IMG/VR virus record: IMGVR_UViG_3300009093_000035
Location: 62,001-126,000 of that record
Reading direction: 5' to 3' (one strand)
Length of the DNA stretch: 64,000 bases
Below, in pieces: positions 1 to 10,200 of the stretch. A program made the position numbers and the translations under genes. Numbering within the stretch: position 1 is the first letter of the stretch; the number at the start of each line of letters is the position of its first letter. The notes beneath the pieces were generated by a model. The model was given only the letters and a program-made list of their open reading frames with translations, made no database searches and had not been told where the DNA came from.

Positions 1-238
1 AGGTCGTCCCGCCGGTCTCCTTCGCCTTCGCGAAGGCGTAGGCACCCGCGATCGCGTTGCCAGTGCAGCTACCGAGCTGGCCCTGGTCGTAGACCGGGGG
101 GCAGGTCCCGCGAAGGTCGATCTTCGTGGGGAGGAGATCCTTCCGAATCGGGGCCGCCGCGAAGATGTGGTCGCGGTGATCCGGGAGATCCGGGTGCCAT
201 CCGTAGTTCTTCTTCGACACTGAACTCTTCTTCACCAT
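1..238 (-). CDS. Papain-like (C1A) cysteine peptidase, N-terminal part, runs off the left edge (not in the ORF track)
   Basis: Manual translation from ATG at 238 (GGAGG upstream): MVKKSSVSKKNYGWHPDLPDHRDHIFAAAPIRKDLLPTKIDLRGTCPPVYDQGQLGSCTGNAIAG. It has the GWxPDxPDxRD pro-segment, DLR, oxyanion Gln and catalytic Cys (QGQLGSC) of bacterial C1A peptidases. Confidence 0.88.
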   Translation of the reverse strand, partial: MVKKSSVSKKNYGWHPDLPDHRDHIFAAAPIRKDLLPTKIDLRGTCPPVYDQGQLGSCTGNAIAGAYAFAKAKETGGTT

Positions 239-341
239 GGTGTATCCTCCAAAGCCCCAACGACCTATACAGGCCATAGGTGAGCTAAAGGGAATCCATG
301 ATTTGAGAGTCGATTAGGGCGTAAAGGCCCTCGACATTCTC

Positions 342-476
342 ATGATACGCATACTCCTATTCCTACTCGCTGCGTCCATGGTCTCAGGGTGTTACTTCAA
401 CCTAGACGCGCTTCGCGGGACGGGACGTTTGGACGTCGGAGCGTCCGCAGACGCCGGAACCGACTCGGCTGATTAG
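342..476 (+). CDS. 44-aa predicted lipoprotein (not in the ORF track)
   Basis: MIRILLFLLAASMVSG|CYFNLDALRGTGRLDVGASADAGTDSAD*: hydrophobic signal peptide, lipobox VSGC, acidic DAG-containing tail. Fills the gap exactly and converges on the stop of the 473 gene. Confidence 0.6.
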   Translation: MIRILLFLLAASMVSGCYFNLDALRGTGRLDVGASADAGTDSAD

Positions 477-3400
477 CTCGGACCCGCCGAGCTGTAGTTC
501 AGAGTGGCGCTGTAGATCGAATCGTCGGCCGGAACCGACCCGTTCGAGGCCAGCACAACCAGCCAGTACGTGTGAGTGGTGAAGTCGAGGGTCTCGGGAG
601 AACCTGGAGTGACCGACACGTTCTGTTCGGTCGTAGTACCGTTGTCGGTCGTGTTGGCCAGAGAAGTCGGAGCTGTACTGGTTCCGTCTCCCTTGTACAA
701 GACGAACAACATCCGATCTCCAGCCGTGGGCCTCACAGCTCCAGGCTTCACTCTCACGGTGATGGAACTGAGCACATCCCCGTTCGAGAGGAACTGAGAG
801 AGGTCCAGTTTCGCCAGCTGGTTGGAGCGAGTCGGAGAGTTCTTCGAGGTGATACCCGCTCCGATACCCGGGTAGTACCAAGGAGCCGAAGGGACCGCCA
901 CGAGATCCGAAGTGATTCCTTCTGCCTGGAATCCTTGGGCCGAGATCTTCTTCGTTCGGACCGCCGGAGTCGTGTAGAGGAAGTTCCCTCCCACGACGTT
1001 GGCCGACGCCGACACGTTCACGCCCGCGGAGATATTCCCGGTCGGAGCCGAGATGTCGCCCAGCGTGATGACTCCGCCGAGGAGATCGACGCGGAAGACC
1101 TCGAAGGCCTTTCCGCTGAAAGGGGCTCCGATGCTGATCGTGTTCGAGGTGACTCGGATCGCAGCGGCGTTCGCTACGGAGGTCGGGTCCGGGGCCGAGA
1201 TGTGGAGACCGACCGAGGTGTCGATGTTCTGGACGCCCGCCACAATCGAAGGACGATGGCTGCTCAGGATGCCCAGGTAGTTGTAGTAGTCGTCCGCCCC
1301 GAAACCCACGTACGAGGCCGAGTAGAAGCGACACGTACCAGTGGTGGGCGCTACGAACACAGGCGCCGAACCATCCAGCCTAATCAGCTGGAAGTCGCCC
1401 TGGTTGGCTACCGCCCCGGGGTTGCTACAACCTACCAGACGATAGAGACCTCTGACGTCGGAGACCGGAACAGCGTTGTAGCTGAGGACCTCGACGAGCG
1501 TTCCACCGCTGAGGTCGACCTTACGGTGGGTGAACCCGGCTCCAGCGGCGATATGAAGGGTGTCGGTAGCCGACGCGGTGAAGTTGAAAGTGGCTGTCCC
1601 CGCCGTCCCCATCCCGTTCGAAACGAGAGAACTGTAGTCGTAGCTACGGGAAGGGGCACCGACTCCGATGTTCGTCGTCTCTATCAGGTGACCCATGCCG
1701 AACGCAGCGCCCCCGAGCGAGGGGCTCCGAACGACACGAGTGAGGAAGGGTCCTCGGAACAACTGGTCAGAAACCGGAGGCGTGAGATTCACCGAGGTGA
1801 GGCGACCGAAGGTATCGAAGGAGTTCGCCGAGACGGGGGTCTTCTCCGCCGACCGGTACCAGAACTCCAAACTCTCGGTAGATCCGCCCGCGTCGGGGCC
1901 ATCCTGTACGATCGCAGATCCAGCGAAGAGACGAAGCGTAGGCGGGGGACCTTCGCTCGTGATCCAAGTCCCACCTTGGGTGGCGAGGATGGGGGCGAAA
2001 CCGAAGCCGGTGAAGAACCGAGGACGGAACGCCGTACAGCCCTTGTAGAGGCTCGCCGGAATCACCGGGGTCGTCCCGTCGAGGTTTCGAACGGTGTAGT
2101 GGGTCGGGCTCCCGTTCACCTGGGCGTGGAAGACGTAGAGACCGAGTCCGATGATCTGGATCAGGTCCAGATCGTTCATGAGATACGTCCGATTCGTAGA
2201 CCCGCCGTCGTGGAACTGATTTCCACCGGTGGTGACTACGATCTCGTCCGTCCCGCTGGCGCTGATGTCGAACTGGTAGCTCGAAACGTTACCCAGGACC
2301 GTGTATCCGGCCTGGGGCGCGAAGACGCGGCGGTCCATGTATCCGGCGAAGTTGTCCTGACCGGTGAACGGAATCACGCTGCGACGACCGATGAAGTCGT
2401 AGCCCACCTTCTTCGAAGTGGGGTCTGATCCCAGGTCGTACCGGGAAAGGAACTGGGACTGGAAGCCCGCCTCCGCGTCGCCCGGGAGAGTAGAGGAGCC
2501 GGCCGGTCGAACTTCGATCGGACCCACGTCCGAGTTGATCACTCGTCCAGCGTGGTAAGCGTCGTCGAGATCGCCGCCGAGCGGATGGATGATGACCGAA
2601 CCGTCCGCTCCGAAAGAGACGTCGGTGTGCTTGAACTGGAGAGACGAGATCCTCTTCGAAGAACCTCGAACCGTGTCCGCGGATACCGTCAGCGGAGCGT
2701 ACTCGCGGAAGGACCGCTGAAGAACGATCTTCCATCCGGTCGCGGGATCGAGAGCGACAGCCCCGCCCGGTCCCGTGATACCGTTGAGCTGAACCCCGGC
2801 TCCGGGAAGAGTGGCGTACTGGTACGCGTACGGACCGAGCCTCGTCGTGATAACTCCGCCCGAGTTTTGAACCAGGAAGAAGAACCCGGCAGGAGGGATT
2901 TCCGTGACGAGGGGAAGGGTCGTCACGAGTTGGGCCGAACCCACCGGGTTCAGGGTCTGAGCTGTGAGAGGCTGGGTGATGATCCGGCGCCCGAAGACGT
3001 CGGCGTAGTCACTGTCCCCGAATCCGGAAAGCTCGGAGAGGGTGCTGCTGGCCGAGACACGAACCCCTCCGCCCGTCTGACCGTCCTCCATGGAATAGGG
3101 GACGAAGGCCGCGAAGAGAACGACTTCGTGACGTGGGTTGTTCGGAGCGAAGAAGGGATCGAGAGTCGTCGGGAAGACGTCGCTCCCCGGCTGAGGCGTG
3201 TGGGAGAGGTACGCCACGCCTGCGGAGTAGTCCACCTCGATGAACTGGGGCTCGTTGATCGACGGATCGAGAACCAGGTTGTTCCCGTCGATCGGACGGC
3301 TGAAGTCCGGGACCACGTCTCCGCCGACGGTGAGCTGCTTTCCCGGGAAGAAGACCGTCCGGAATCCGAGGTCGAGAAGATTCCCGGGGTCTTCTCCGGA

Positions 3401-4888
3401 CTTCGTGTTGAAAATCGCCCGATCGGGGGACGACGGAGGGACGAGCGCCGGACCAGAGGTATCCCGATACGAGATCGAGGGGCCGGAGGTCCTCGGGTCG
3501 ATCAGGTTCGTCAACCGAGCCGAGGCCAGGTTGTTGATGTTGAAGTTGGGGTCGAGGAAGAACGACGAGATGTTGTCGTAGACCTCCAACGTCACCGGTA
3601 CAGGAGACCCGGTCGCGATCGGGCCGTTTCCGTAGAAGACGGCTCCCGTATCCGGGTTCGCCTCTACGACGCGGCGGAGGGTGAGGTTCGTCGGAGGACC
3701 CGCTACGACATTCGTGATCTCGAAGTAGCCGTAGGCGCTCGACGGGTCTCCCGAAGCCAAGGTGGTAGAGGCGTCGTCGACCAGGTTCGTGACTCGAACG
3801 ATTCTTCCGACCGTGAAGATCGTGTTGAGGACCGGAACGCTGATGTGCCACTCGTCGGCCCCGTACGGACCGCCGACCGGGATTACCGCGTCCACCTGAG
3901 CGAGGGGGCGGGGGATCGGAAGCTTCACCGAAGTCCCGAAGTGAGCCCCTGAGGCCGCCGGAATCGTTCCCGCGACGTCGAACCCGCCGGTGATCCAGGT
4001 TCCGGTTACCGCCCCGGACTTCAGCGGAGGCATGTACTCGGAGTTGGCGCTCGTCTCCGGAGGCATGAAGACGAAGGTTCGATTCGCCTGGACCTGGCCG
4101 GTGATCGGGGCCGGGAACGCCGCCATCCGAGCGACCTTCGGGCGAACCAGGGTGACTGCTCGGCAGCCGTTACCGCTCCCGAAGTAGTTGACGAGAGGCT
4201 TCTCCGCATGAAGCGTGAAGGTCTGTCCGCTCATGAGAGCGATACGGAAAAGCTCGAACGGAGCCTTCCCCTTAAAGTTCGGAAGGATCGGTGTCCGACC
4301 CCCGGCCAACGAGCCCGTGAATCCTTCTCCCGTGAAGGAGAACATCACGTAGAGGCCTCCGAGGGCCTCGAAGTCCGAGATCGCGTTGATCCCGTACGCG
4401 TCCCCCGGAAGAGGGGTAGCCGACCCAGGCATCGGGTACGGACCCGCTTCGAGCGTCAGGGTGTTGGCCCCGAGGTTCACCGCCCACTGCCAATCGCAGT
4501 AAGGCGACTTCAGGGTAGGGCCGACGACCTCCCAGGAGATCGGATGGCCGATTAGGGAAGGTCCCTTACCGCCGAACCGGTTCGTGTTCGCGGCGTACGG
4601 AACGAAGTCGACGTCCGGGACTCCGGGAAGACCGAGACCCAGCTGGAAGCTGTTTCGCGCCGGAGTCACGACTCCGGTCTGGATTCCGAGATCTGTAGTC
4701 CCCGTGTAAGGGAATCCGGAAGACCCTACCCAGGCTCCGAGACCGCCCTGGACGATAGGAGCCGACTGGGCCTGTCCGGACTGAACGGAGTCCCTACGCG
4801 TCAGCGGCTCGTTCCAGGGTTGAACCCCGGTAGCCGTGCTGATAGCCTGTTGGAACGCCTTCTTGAGTTTGTCGAGTGTGTCGGTCAC
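473..4888 (-). CDS. Very large virion structural protein (baseplate wedge / tail-fibre-like)
   Basis: Open frame 473..5002; likely start GTG at 4888 after AGGGA/GGA. Gly/Thr/Pro-rich beta-type composition, located distal to the hub and tape measure genes. Confidence 0.6.
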   Translation of the reverse strand: MTDTLDKLKKAFQQAISTATGVQPWNEPLTRRDSVQSGQAQSAPIVQGGLGAWVGSSGFPYTGTTDLGIQTGVVTPARNSFQLGLGLPGVPDVDFVPYAANTNRFGGKGPSLIGHPISWEVVGPTLKSPYCDWQWAVNLGANTLTLEAGPYPMPGSATPLPGDAYGINAISDFEALGGLYVMFSFTGEGFTGSLAGGRTPILPNFKGKAPFELFRIALMSGQTFTLHAEKPLVNYFGSGNGCRAVTLVRPKVARMAAFPAPITGQVQANRTFVFMPPETSANSEYMPPLKSGAVTGTWITGGFDVAGTIPAASGAHFGTSVKLPIPRPLAQVDAVIPVGGPYGADEWHISVPVLNTIFTVGRIVRVTNLVDDASTTLASGDPSSAYGYFEITNVVAGPPTNLTLRRVVEANPDTGAVFYGNGPIATGSPVPVTLEVYDNISSFFLDPNFNINNLASARLTNLIDPRTSGPSISYRDTSGPALVPPSSPDRAIFNTKSGEDPGNLLDLGFRTVFFPGKQLTVGGDVVPDFSRPIDGNNLVLDPSINEPQFIEVDYSAGVAYLSHTPQPGSDVFPTTLDPFFAPNNPRHEVVLFAAFVPYSMEDGQTGGGVRVSASSTLSELSGFGDSDYADVFGRRIITQPLTAQTLNPVGSAQLVTTLPLVTEIPPAGFFFLVQNSGGVITTRLGPYAYQYATLPGAGVQLNGITGPGGAVALDPATGWKIVLQRSFREYAPLTVSADTVRGSSKRISSLQFKHTDVSFGADGSVIIHPLGGDLDDAYHAGRVINSDVGPIEVRPAGSSTLPGDAEAGFQSQFLSRYDLGSDPTSKKVGYDFIGRRSVIPFTGQDNFAGYMDRRVFAPQAGYTVLGNVSSYQFDISASGTDEIVVTTGGNQFHDGGSTNRTYLMNDLDLIQIIGLGLYVFHAQVNGSPTHYTVRNLDGTTPVIPASLYKGCTAFRPRFFTGFGFAPILATQGGTWITSEGPPPTLRLFAGSAIVQDGPDAGGSTESLEFWYRSAEKTPVSANSFDTFGRLTSVNLTPPVSDQLFRGPFLTRVVRSPSLGGAAFGMGHLIETTNIGVGAPSRSYDYSSLVSNGMGTAGTATFNFTASATDTLHIAAGAGFTHRKVDLSGGTLVEVLSYNAVPVSDVRGLYRLVGCSNPGAVANQGDFQLIRLDGSAPVFVAPTTGTCRFYSASYVGFGADDYYNYLGILSSHRPSIVAGVQNIDTSVGLHISAPDPTSVANAAAIRVTSNTISIGAPFSGKAFEVFRVDLLGGVITLGDISAPTGNISAGVNVSASANVVGGNFLYTTPAVRTKKISAQGFQAEGITSDLVAVPSAPWYYPGIGAGITSKNSPTRSNQLAKLDLSQFLSNGDVLSSITVRVKPGAVRPTAGDRMLFVLYKGDGTSTAPTSLANTTDNGTTTEQNVSVTPGSPETLDFTTHTYWLVVLASNGSVPADDSIYSATLNYSSAGPS

Positions 4889-4961
4889 AGAAGTGGGTCC
4901 GTCCCTGGAAGAGGCATAGCTGCTAAACCGCTCTACCCTCGATGGGGCGTAAGGTCCTACC

Positions 4962-5285
4962 GTGAAAGTAGTCCTAACCGAGGAACAGCAACGGTGGTGC
5001 ACCCAGGAAAACCTGGGTGCTGGGTTCGACGACGATGATCCGAACCTCGAACAGTTTTACCACGTATGCGAGACGACCCCCGACGATCGGGTGAGAGCGA
5101 TTTGCGACTCTCCCAGGTTGTGGTGCGGACAGGGTCGTGGTCACGTGTGGCCCGCACTAGAAGAAGCTGACCCTCCCGATCTCCGACAACAACGTTCGGA
5201 CCTGTGGGCTCGAATCACGTGTGAGGCGTGCGTGGCTCGGCTCCGGTCGCGAGGGTGTCCGGGGCTCGAAGAAGTCTTCGCGTGA
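4962..5285 (+). CDS. Hypothetical Cys-containing protein (107 aa)
   Basis: GTG start preceded by TAAGG; its stop overlaps the next start (GTGA). Confidence 0.55.
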   Translation: MKVVLTEEQQRWCTQENLGAGFDDDDPNLEQFYHVCETTPDDRVRAICDSPRLWCGQGRGHVWPALEEADPPDLRQQRSDLWARITCEACVARLRSRGCPGLEEVFA

Positions 5286-5905
5286 CTCTCATCCAGAATT
5301 TCCAATCGCTGTCTCAGGACCAGCGATTCCTGAGGACGTCGGTCTTGGGAGATCTCTACCAAGAAGAGATTCGATTCCTGGATTTCGACGTCGCCCACGT
5401 AAGAGAAGGGATCTCGAACAACATCGTCGTGTACCTGACGGTAAGGATTCTCACAGAAAACCTCCCCTCCGGAACGACTTGGAAGTTCTCGGAATCGACC
5501 TTCAAGAAGACCGGGAGACTGTCCGGATCCAAATTCGTCTCCCAATCAAAAGACGACTCGGCACGAGAGATCGCCCAGGTCATCGAGAATCTCGCCTATC
5601 AGATCTCCCCCTACCTCTACGAGGTTGATCCTCGGATAGGTAGAGACATCGGGGAGAACCCCTTCCCCGAGTCTCCGCTCTTCGATCCCACGCTTGAGAT
5701 CCGTCGACCGGCCCATAACGCCTCGGTCTACTGGAAAGCGCGTGCGGAAGACCCTTCCCCAGGTCCTGATGCCTACGAAGCCCAGGACTCCGACCGGTGC
5801 GCGTTCTGTTCCGAGAGCGTAATCTGGGCCCCGTCCCCCGAGGAAATCCTCTGGGGAGGTGGGAATCTGGGCTGGGTCCACCAAATCTGCGCCCCCTGGA
5901 TCTGA
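5282..5905 (+). CDS. Hypothetical protein (~207 aa), Cys-x2-Cys ... His-x2-Cys at the C-terminus
   Basis: In frame within ORF 5228..5905; GTG at 5282 is coupled to the upstream stop. CAFC ... HQIC suggests a small Zn site. Confidence 0.55.
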   Translation: MTLIQNFQSLSQDQRFLRTSVLGDLYQEEIRFLDFDVAHVREGISNNIVVYLTVRILTENLPSGTTWKFSESTFKKTGRLSGSKFVSQSKDDSAREIAQVIENLAYQISPYLYEVDPRIGRDIGENPFPESPLFDPTLEIRRPAHNASVYWKARAEDPSPGPDAYEAQDSDRCAFCSESVIWAPSPEEILWGGGNLGWVHQICAPWI

Positions 5906-6079
5906 TTACCCTCTGAAAAACCGAAAGATCTCAACCATAGGGCGATTAGGCCCCGATAAGTCAGTTTCCCGTCTCAAGAATCCCACGATAGGAGGTGGAG
6001 CAACCAGCTCGTTAGATCCCTAGAACGTATGGAATCTATTTCGGTTTCAACGTTCCGAGAACGAAAGGACTCGGTTCTT

Positions 6080-7219
6080 ATGTCGAAGAAAAAGTGGATG
6101 GGGGTTTCCCTCATCGTGATTGGTTTCGTAGTCGCGTTCATCTCCTGCGCAGAGTACCCGAGCGGGTCTGGGGCCGAGCCTCCGGACTCGGCGGTGATCG
6201 ACGTTCCTTCGGTTCCTGTTCATGTGCCCACCGAAGAGGAATCTCGACAGGCCGCCGAAGAGATGCGGCTCACCGTCGAGCGACACATCGCTGAGATGGA
6301 AGAGCGCGCGCGAACCTCCTCCCAGACCTTCACCGACGAAGTCCCTACCGTCCACGGAAGCGTCTCGGGTCCCCCTCGACGTCATCTGACGTCCGTCCAA
6401 TCAGCCCCCAGCGTCTTCCCGAACGCCTCCGGCCCCTTCAATCGCCGGTGGTCCGAAGAGCGACTGATCGGAAACAACCAAGCCCTCTACGACGCCTGCC
6501 TTCTCGTGTTCTCGCGGGCCGTAGTGAACGAGGCAAACTGGATCCATCGTGAGTGCGGGACCGGAGAGCCGGGACCCTGCGATCCGCGCGATGACCACAA
6601 CCATGCCGAGCTAGACGGCCCGGCGATGTTCCAGGTCTTCCGGTACACCCGCTACAACCACGAGACGTTGCTCGGGGCGATGCGTCGTCACATGAACTAC
6701 GTAACCGAGGAAGTCGAAGCTCGGCGTCCCCGTACTCGTTGGATCTCGGAGCTGGACCTCGAAGGAAACCGCCCCCCTCACTTCCAGGAGACGGATTCCG
6801 AAGGGAACCCTCTCAACTGGGAACGAGACTACCTCCCGCGATGGCGCGACATCCTGGAGATGTCTCGTCGCCTCTTCGCCGGACGAGGGGTCGGGGGATG
6901 CAGCCAGGCTCCCCTCGTCACCTGGGGAGGGCGATGCGAAGACCGCCACGGGGCGTGCGACGACAGCTTCGGCTGGAACCGAGGCCTCGTTCCCTACGAG
7001 TGCGCTCAGGTCGGAACCGGACCCGAGGCTATTCGATCCAGTAACCGCTTCTGGTGTAGCCCGGGCACCGGGTCGTGTCCTAGGGACGCTCAGCGCCCCG
7101 GGGCCGCCGTCTCTGAGGCTACGAACCCCGAGCCCTCTCCGGACATCGTAGAGGCTCCTAGCGAGGCTCCCTCGGTAGCAGAGATCCCGGAACACTCCCC
7201 TCTCGCTCTTGCCCCTTAG
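6080..7219 (+). CDS. Membrane-anchored/lipoprotein, possible SleB/Hydrolase_2-like cell-wall enzyme
   Basis: ATG at 6080 after AAAGGA. N-terminal basic + hydrophobic segment ending FISC, Pro/Glu linkers, Cys-rich C-terminus. CLLVFSRAVVNEA loosely resembles the CLAxxIYxEA start of Hydrolase_2. Confidence 0.45.
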   Translation: MSKKKWMGVSLIVIGFVVAFISCAEYPSGSGAEPPDSAVIDVPSVPVHVPTEEESRQAAEEMRLTVERHIAEMEERARTSSQTFTDEVPTVHGSVSGPPRRHLTSVQSAPSVFPNASGPFNRRWSEERLIGNNQALYDACLLVFSRAVVNEANWIHRECGTGEPGPCDPRDDHNHAELDGPAMFQVFRYTRYNHETLLGAMRRHMNYVTEEVEARRPRTRWISELDLEGNRPPHFQETDSEGNPLNWERDYLPRWRDILEMSRRLFAGRGVGGCSQAPLVTWGGRCEDRHGACDDSFGWNRGLVPYECAQVGTGPEAIRSSNRFWCSPGTGSCPRDAQRPGAAVSEATNPEPSPDIVEAPSEAPSVAEIPEHSPLALAP

Positions 7220-10200
7220 ACCCGACGCCCGATCTGAGTCGAGATAGCGTTCAGACGCTGGATGTTCTGACTCGTCGGGTCCGTAGCTCCCTGAAGATCG
7301 CCTCCCAACTGATTGACGGTCGTAGTCGCCTGGGAGGCGATCCCCAAGATGCCCTGGATGCTGTCGAAAGCCGAGCGTCGGCCTTGGGAAGAAAGAGCCG
7401 AACCGCGGAGAGCCGACTGAGACAACGTCCAGGAGTCGGCCGCCAGACGCATCTGCTGAGCAACCCACTGAGACGCCTGATCCGGAGCGTCGACCGACAC
7501 GAAGGTGTTGTTGTTCGAGCCGCTCATGTACGCTGCGAGGAGGAGATCCGCCTCCGCGCCACGACAACTACACGTATCGTGCTCCTCGAACGGAGTGAGG
7601 TCCGAGAGTCGGAAGGCGGCGTTCGTGACAGGAAGATGAGTGATGGCGTCTCGTGAGCTCATGACGTAGTTCGCGAGCCCGCTCGCGATCATCGCCGTCT
7701 GCTCTTCTTCCTGAGACTCGGGGTTGTCCTCACGGAAGATCCGAATCGCGATGTCTGCGCCCGGACTCCGAACGAACTGATCGTCCGAGGCGATCTCGCG
7801 AAGAGCCTGGAGAGCTTCCGGGCCGAGAGTAACGCGCCCATCCACCACGGGAGCCCCCGATCGACGAACGGCGTCTGCGAACCGGTAGGCGAGGTCCGGG
7901 TCCACGTACTGGAAGGGATCCGTACCCATCAGGACTTCGTAGTTGCCTCCGGGCTCGATGCTGAGCCCGCGACCGTACTGATAGGTCCCGTAGTGCTCGT
8001 ACCCCACGGCGTCCGAGACGGGGAAGACCGGGGAGAACGTATGGACGGGCTCCTCGATCACGCCCCGCTCCGTGGCGAACACGAAGGGAAGGGGCCCGCT
8101 CGGGAAGCGACCTCCGAAGAGCGCCGTGATGTCTCTCGACCAGCGAGATAGGGCTCCGGAGAGCTGAGTGGCGGCGACGCCCGAGATTTCGAGACCGCCC
8201 GTCGTAGAAGCCGAAGTCCTCCGAGCCGAGGAAGAAGTCGACCCGAGGTTCTGGTCCGAGAGGGCGGCCGAAAACAGAGCGCTTCGACGTCCGATCTGCT
8301 CTTGTCCTGCGGCCGTGTTCGGGTCCGCACCGGTGTAAGCGGCGGAGAGTGCGTCGATGTTTTCCTGTGAAGGATCGGCGGTAACGGCGACCATCGCGTT
8401 CTGGACCCGCGGGAAGCCGTTCACGTAGTTCACGAAGGAGTCGTTGCTGAACCCGACCGGATCGTTGTCGAACGCGGAGAGTCCGGCGGGCGTATCGACC
8501 GCTCCGAGGACCTGGTAGTAGCCGAACGAGGTCTGACTGAGGATCATCGCCTGGTCGTCCGGATTCGGATGGGAGGCCAGAGCGTCGTCGAGATCCGCCC
8601 GCGTCGTTCGCCCTTCGTGGGGGATGTCGATCCCTCGACGAGCTAGACGTCCGTACTCGATTCGAATCGCCCGCGGGTTCGCCGGGGTACCGGACTCGAT
8701 CGAACGCGTCGCTCGAACAACGTCCGCCGAGATCGTCCCTCGACCCGAGATCCGAGACGCCAGCTGAGAGTCCGACTCGGTAGCGGGAGCCGGAGTCGGC
8801 GCCGTCGTAGTGGTCGTCCCGCTCACCGGAGTCTCGGTGTCCACGATGTGGATCGCCTGATTGATCGCGGCGGAGTTCGCCTCGGAGACCTGCTGGATGA
8901 GAGCGTTACCCTTGTTGATGCAGATCGTACGGATGTTCGTAGCGACGCCGATCGCCGTCGAGGTGACGTCGGTTCCTGCCGGAGCCTCAGCGTGGTTGTT
9001 CGGAGTCCCGCCGCTGATGTCCGTCCCTTCCACCGGAACGTCACCCGTCCCGAGAAGACCCGTGACGTTGTCTCGGGCGAGGACTCGCGTCAGAAGCTCC
9101 CCACCGGTGATCGCGACGTTGGTGTTGAGGGCGAGCGAAACTACCTGGGCGTAGAGACGATCTCCGAGCGCGCGACCGAGCGCGCTACTAGCCGTAAGGC
9201 ACGAACGGAACGCTCGGATGACGCTCGCGGAAGACTCTCCCGGATCGAGCCGGAAGACGCGTCGAGTCCCGAAGCGACTCGCGCTTCTCTGCTCGAAGGA
9301 GAGAGCGAAGATCTGATCCGTCGGCGTAGGAGTGGGGACCTGGGAGACGAATGTTCGAACGTTCAACCCCTGGACCGGAGTCACGTTCTCCAGCTTCACG
9401 AAGTCCCGAAGCTGCTCGTCCGTGAGATTCGTTTCGAGGTCGTCATCGTCGCGAGAGAGCGCCGCAATCCCCACGGTCGAGAGCGAGGGCTCCGAGGATT
9501 CGGTCGCGGAAGTCTCAGAGGCGAGAGCAGGATCCGAGTCCGAAGAAACAGGCGTCGTCGCGTCGGTCGTAGCGCGAGCGGTAGCGCCCGACTCCGAAGT
9601 GAGGGAGATGTACCCCTGCTGATCGGGGCTCGGATGAGCCGACGAGTAGTACCGGTAGTAGCCGGGCGTGTTCAACCCGAGGCTCGCCTTTCGGTCGTTC
9701 AGAAGATCGAGGATCGTCGAGGAGTCGTTCAGGGCTCCCGTCGAATCGACGCTCATGTCTCGTCCGGCGCTCGCCGGATTCCTCTGACGAACCTGGTTGA
9801 TCAGGTAGTTCACGATCGCCGTCAGTCGGATATCCACTCCGCTGAGGTTGATGTTCGAATCGGCGCGGAGGTCCTGGAACGTCCCGTCCCCGGTGAGGAA
9901 GGTGTTGAGGCCCGCTGCTTCGGCTCGGAGGCCCGAGATCAGCTCTCGGATCGCGGTACGACGGTCTGCGGACGTGTTCGCGTTCTGGTACTCTCGTTCG
10001 AGGACCTGGATCCGTCGCGAAATCACCGTGATTCTCTGGCGGACCGTTCCGCGAACGGCGATCAGAGACCCGAGACCTTGGCGGAGCTGGTCGGGGGTGA
10101 TTGTGATGTTCGTAGCGGGACCTACCTGGATGATCCAGGGGCCAGCGATGATGTCTTCTCGCGAGCGAGATCCGAGAGTACTGACAGGCGTCGCCGAAGT

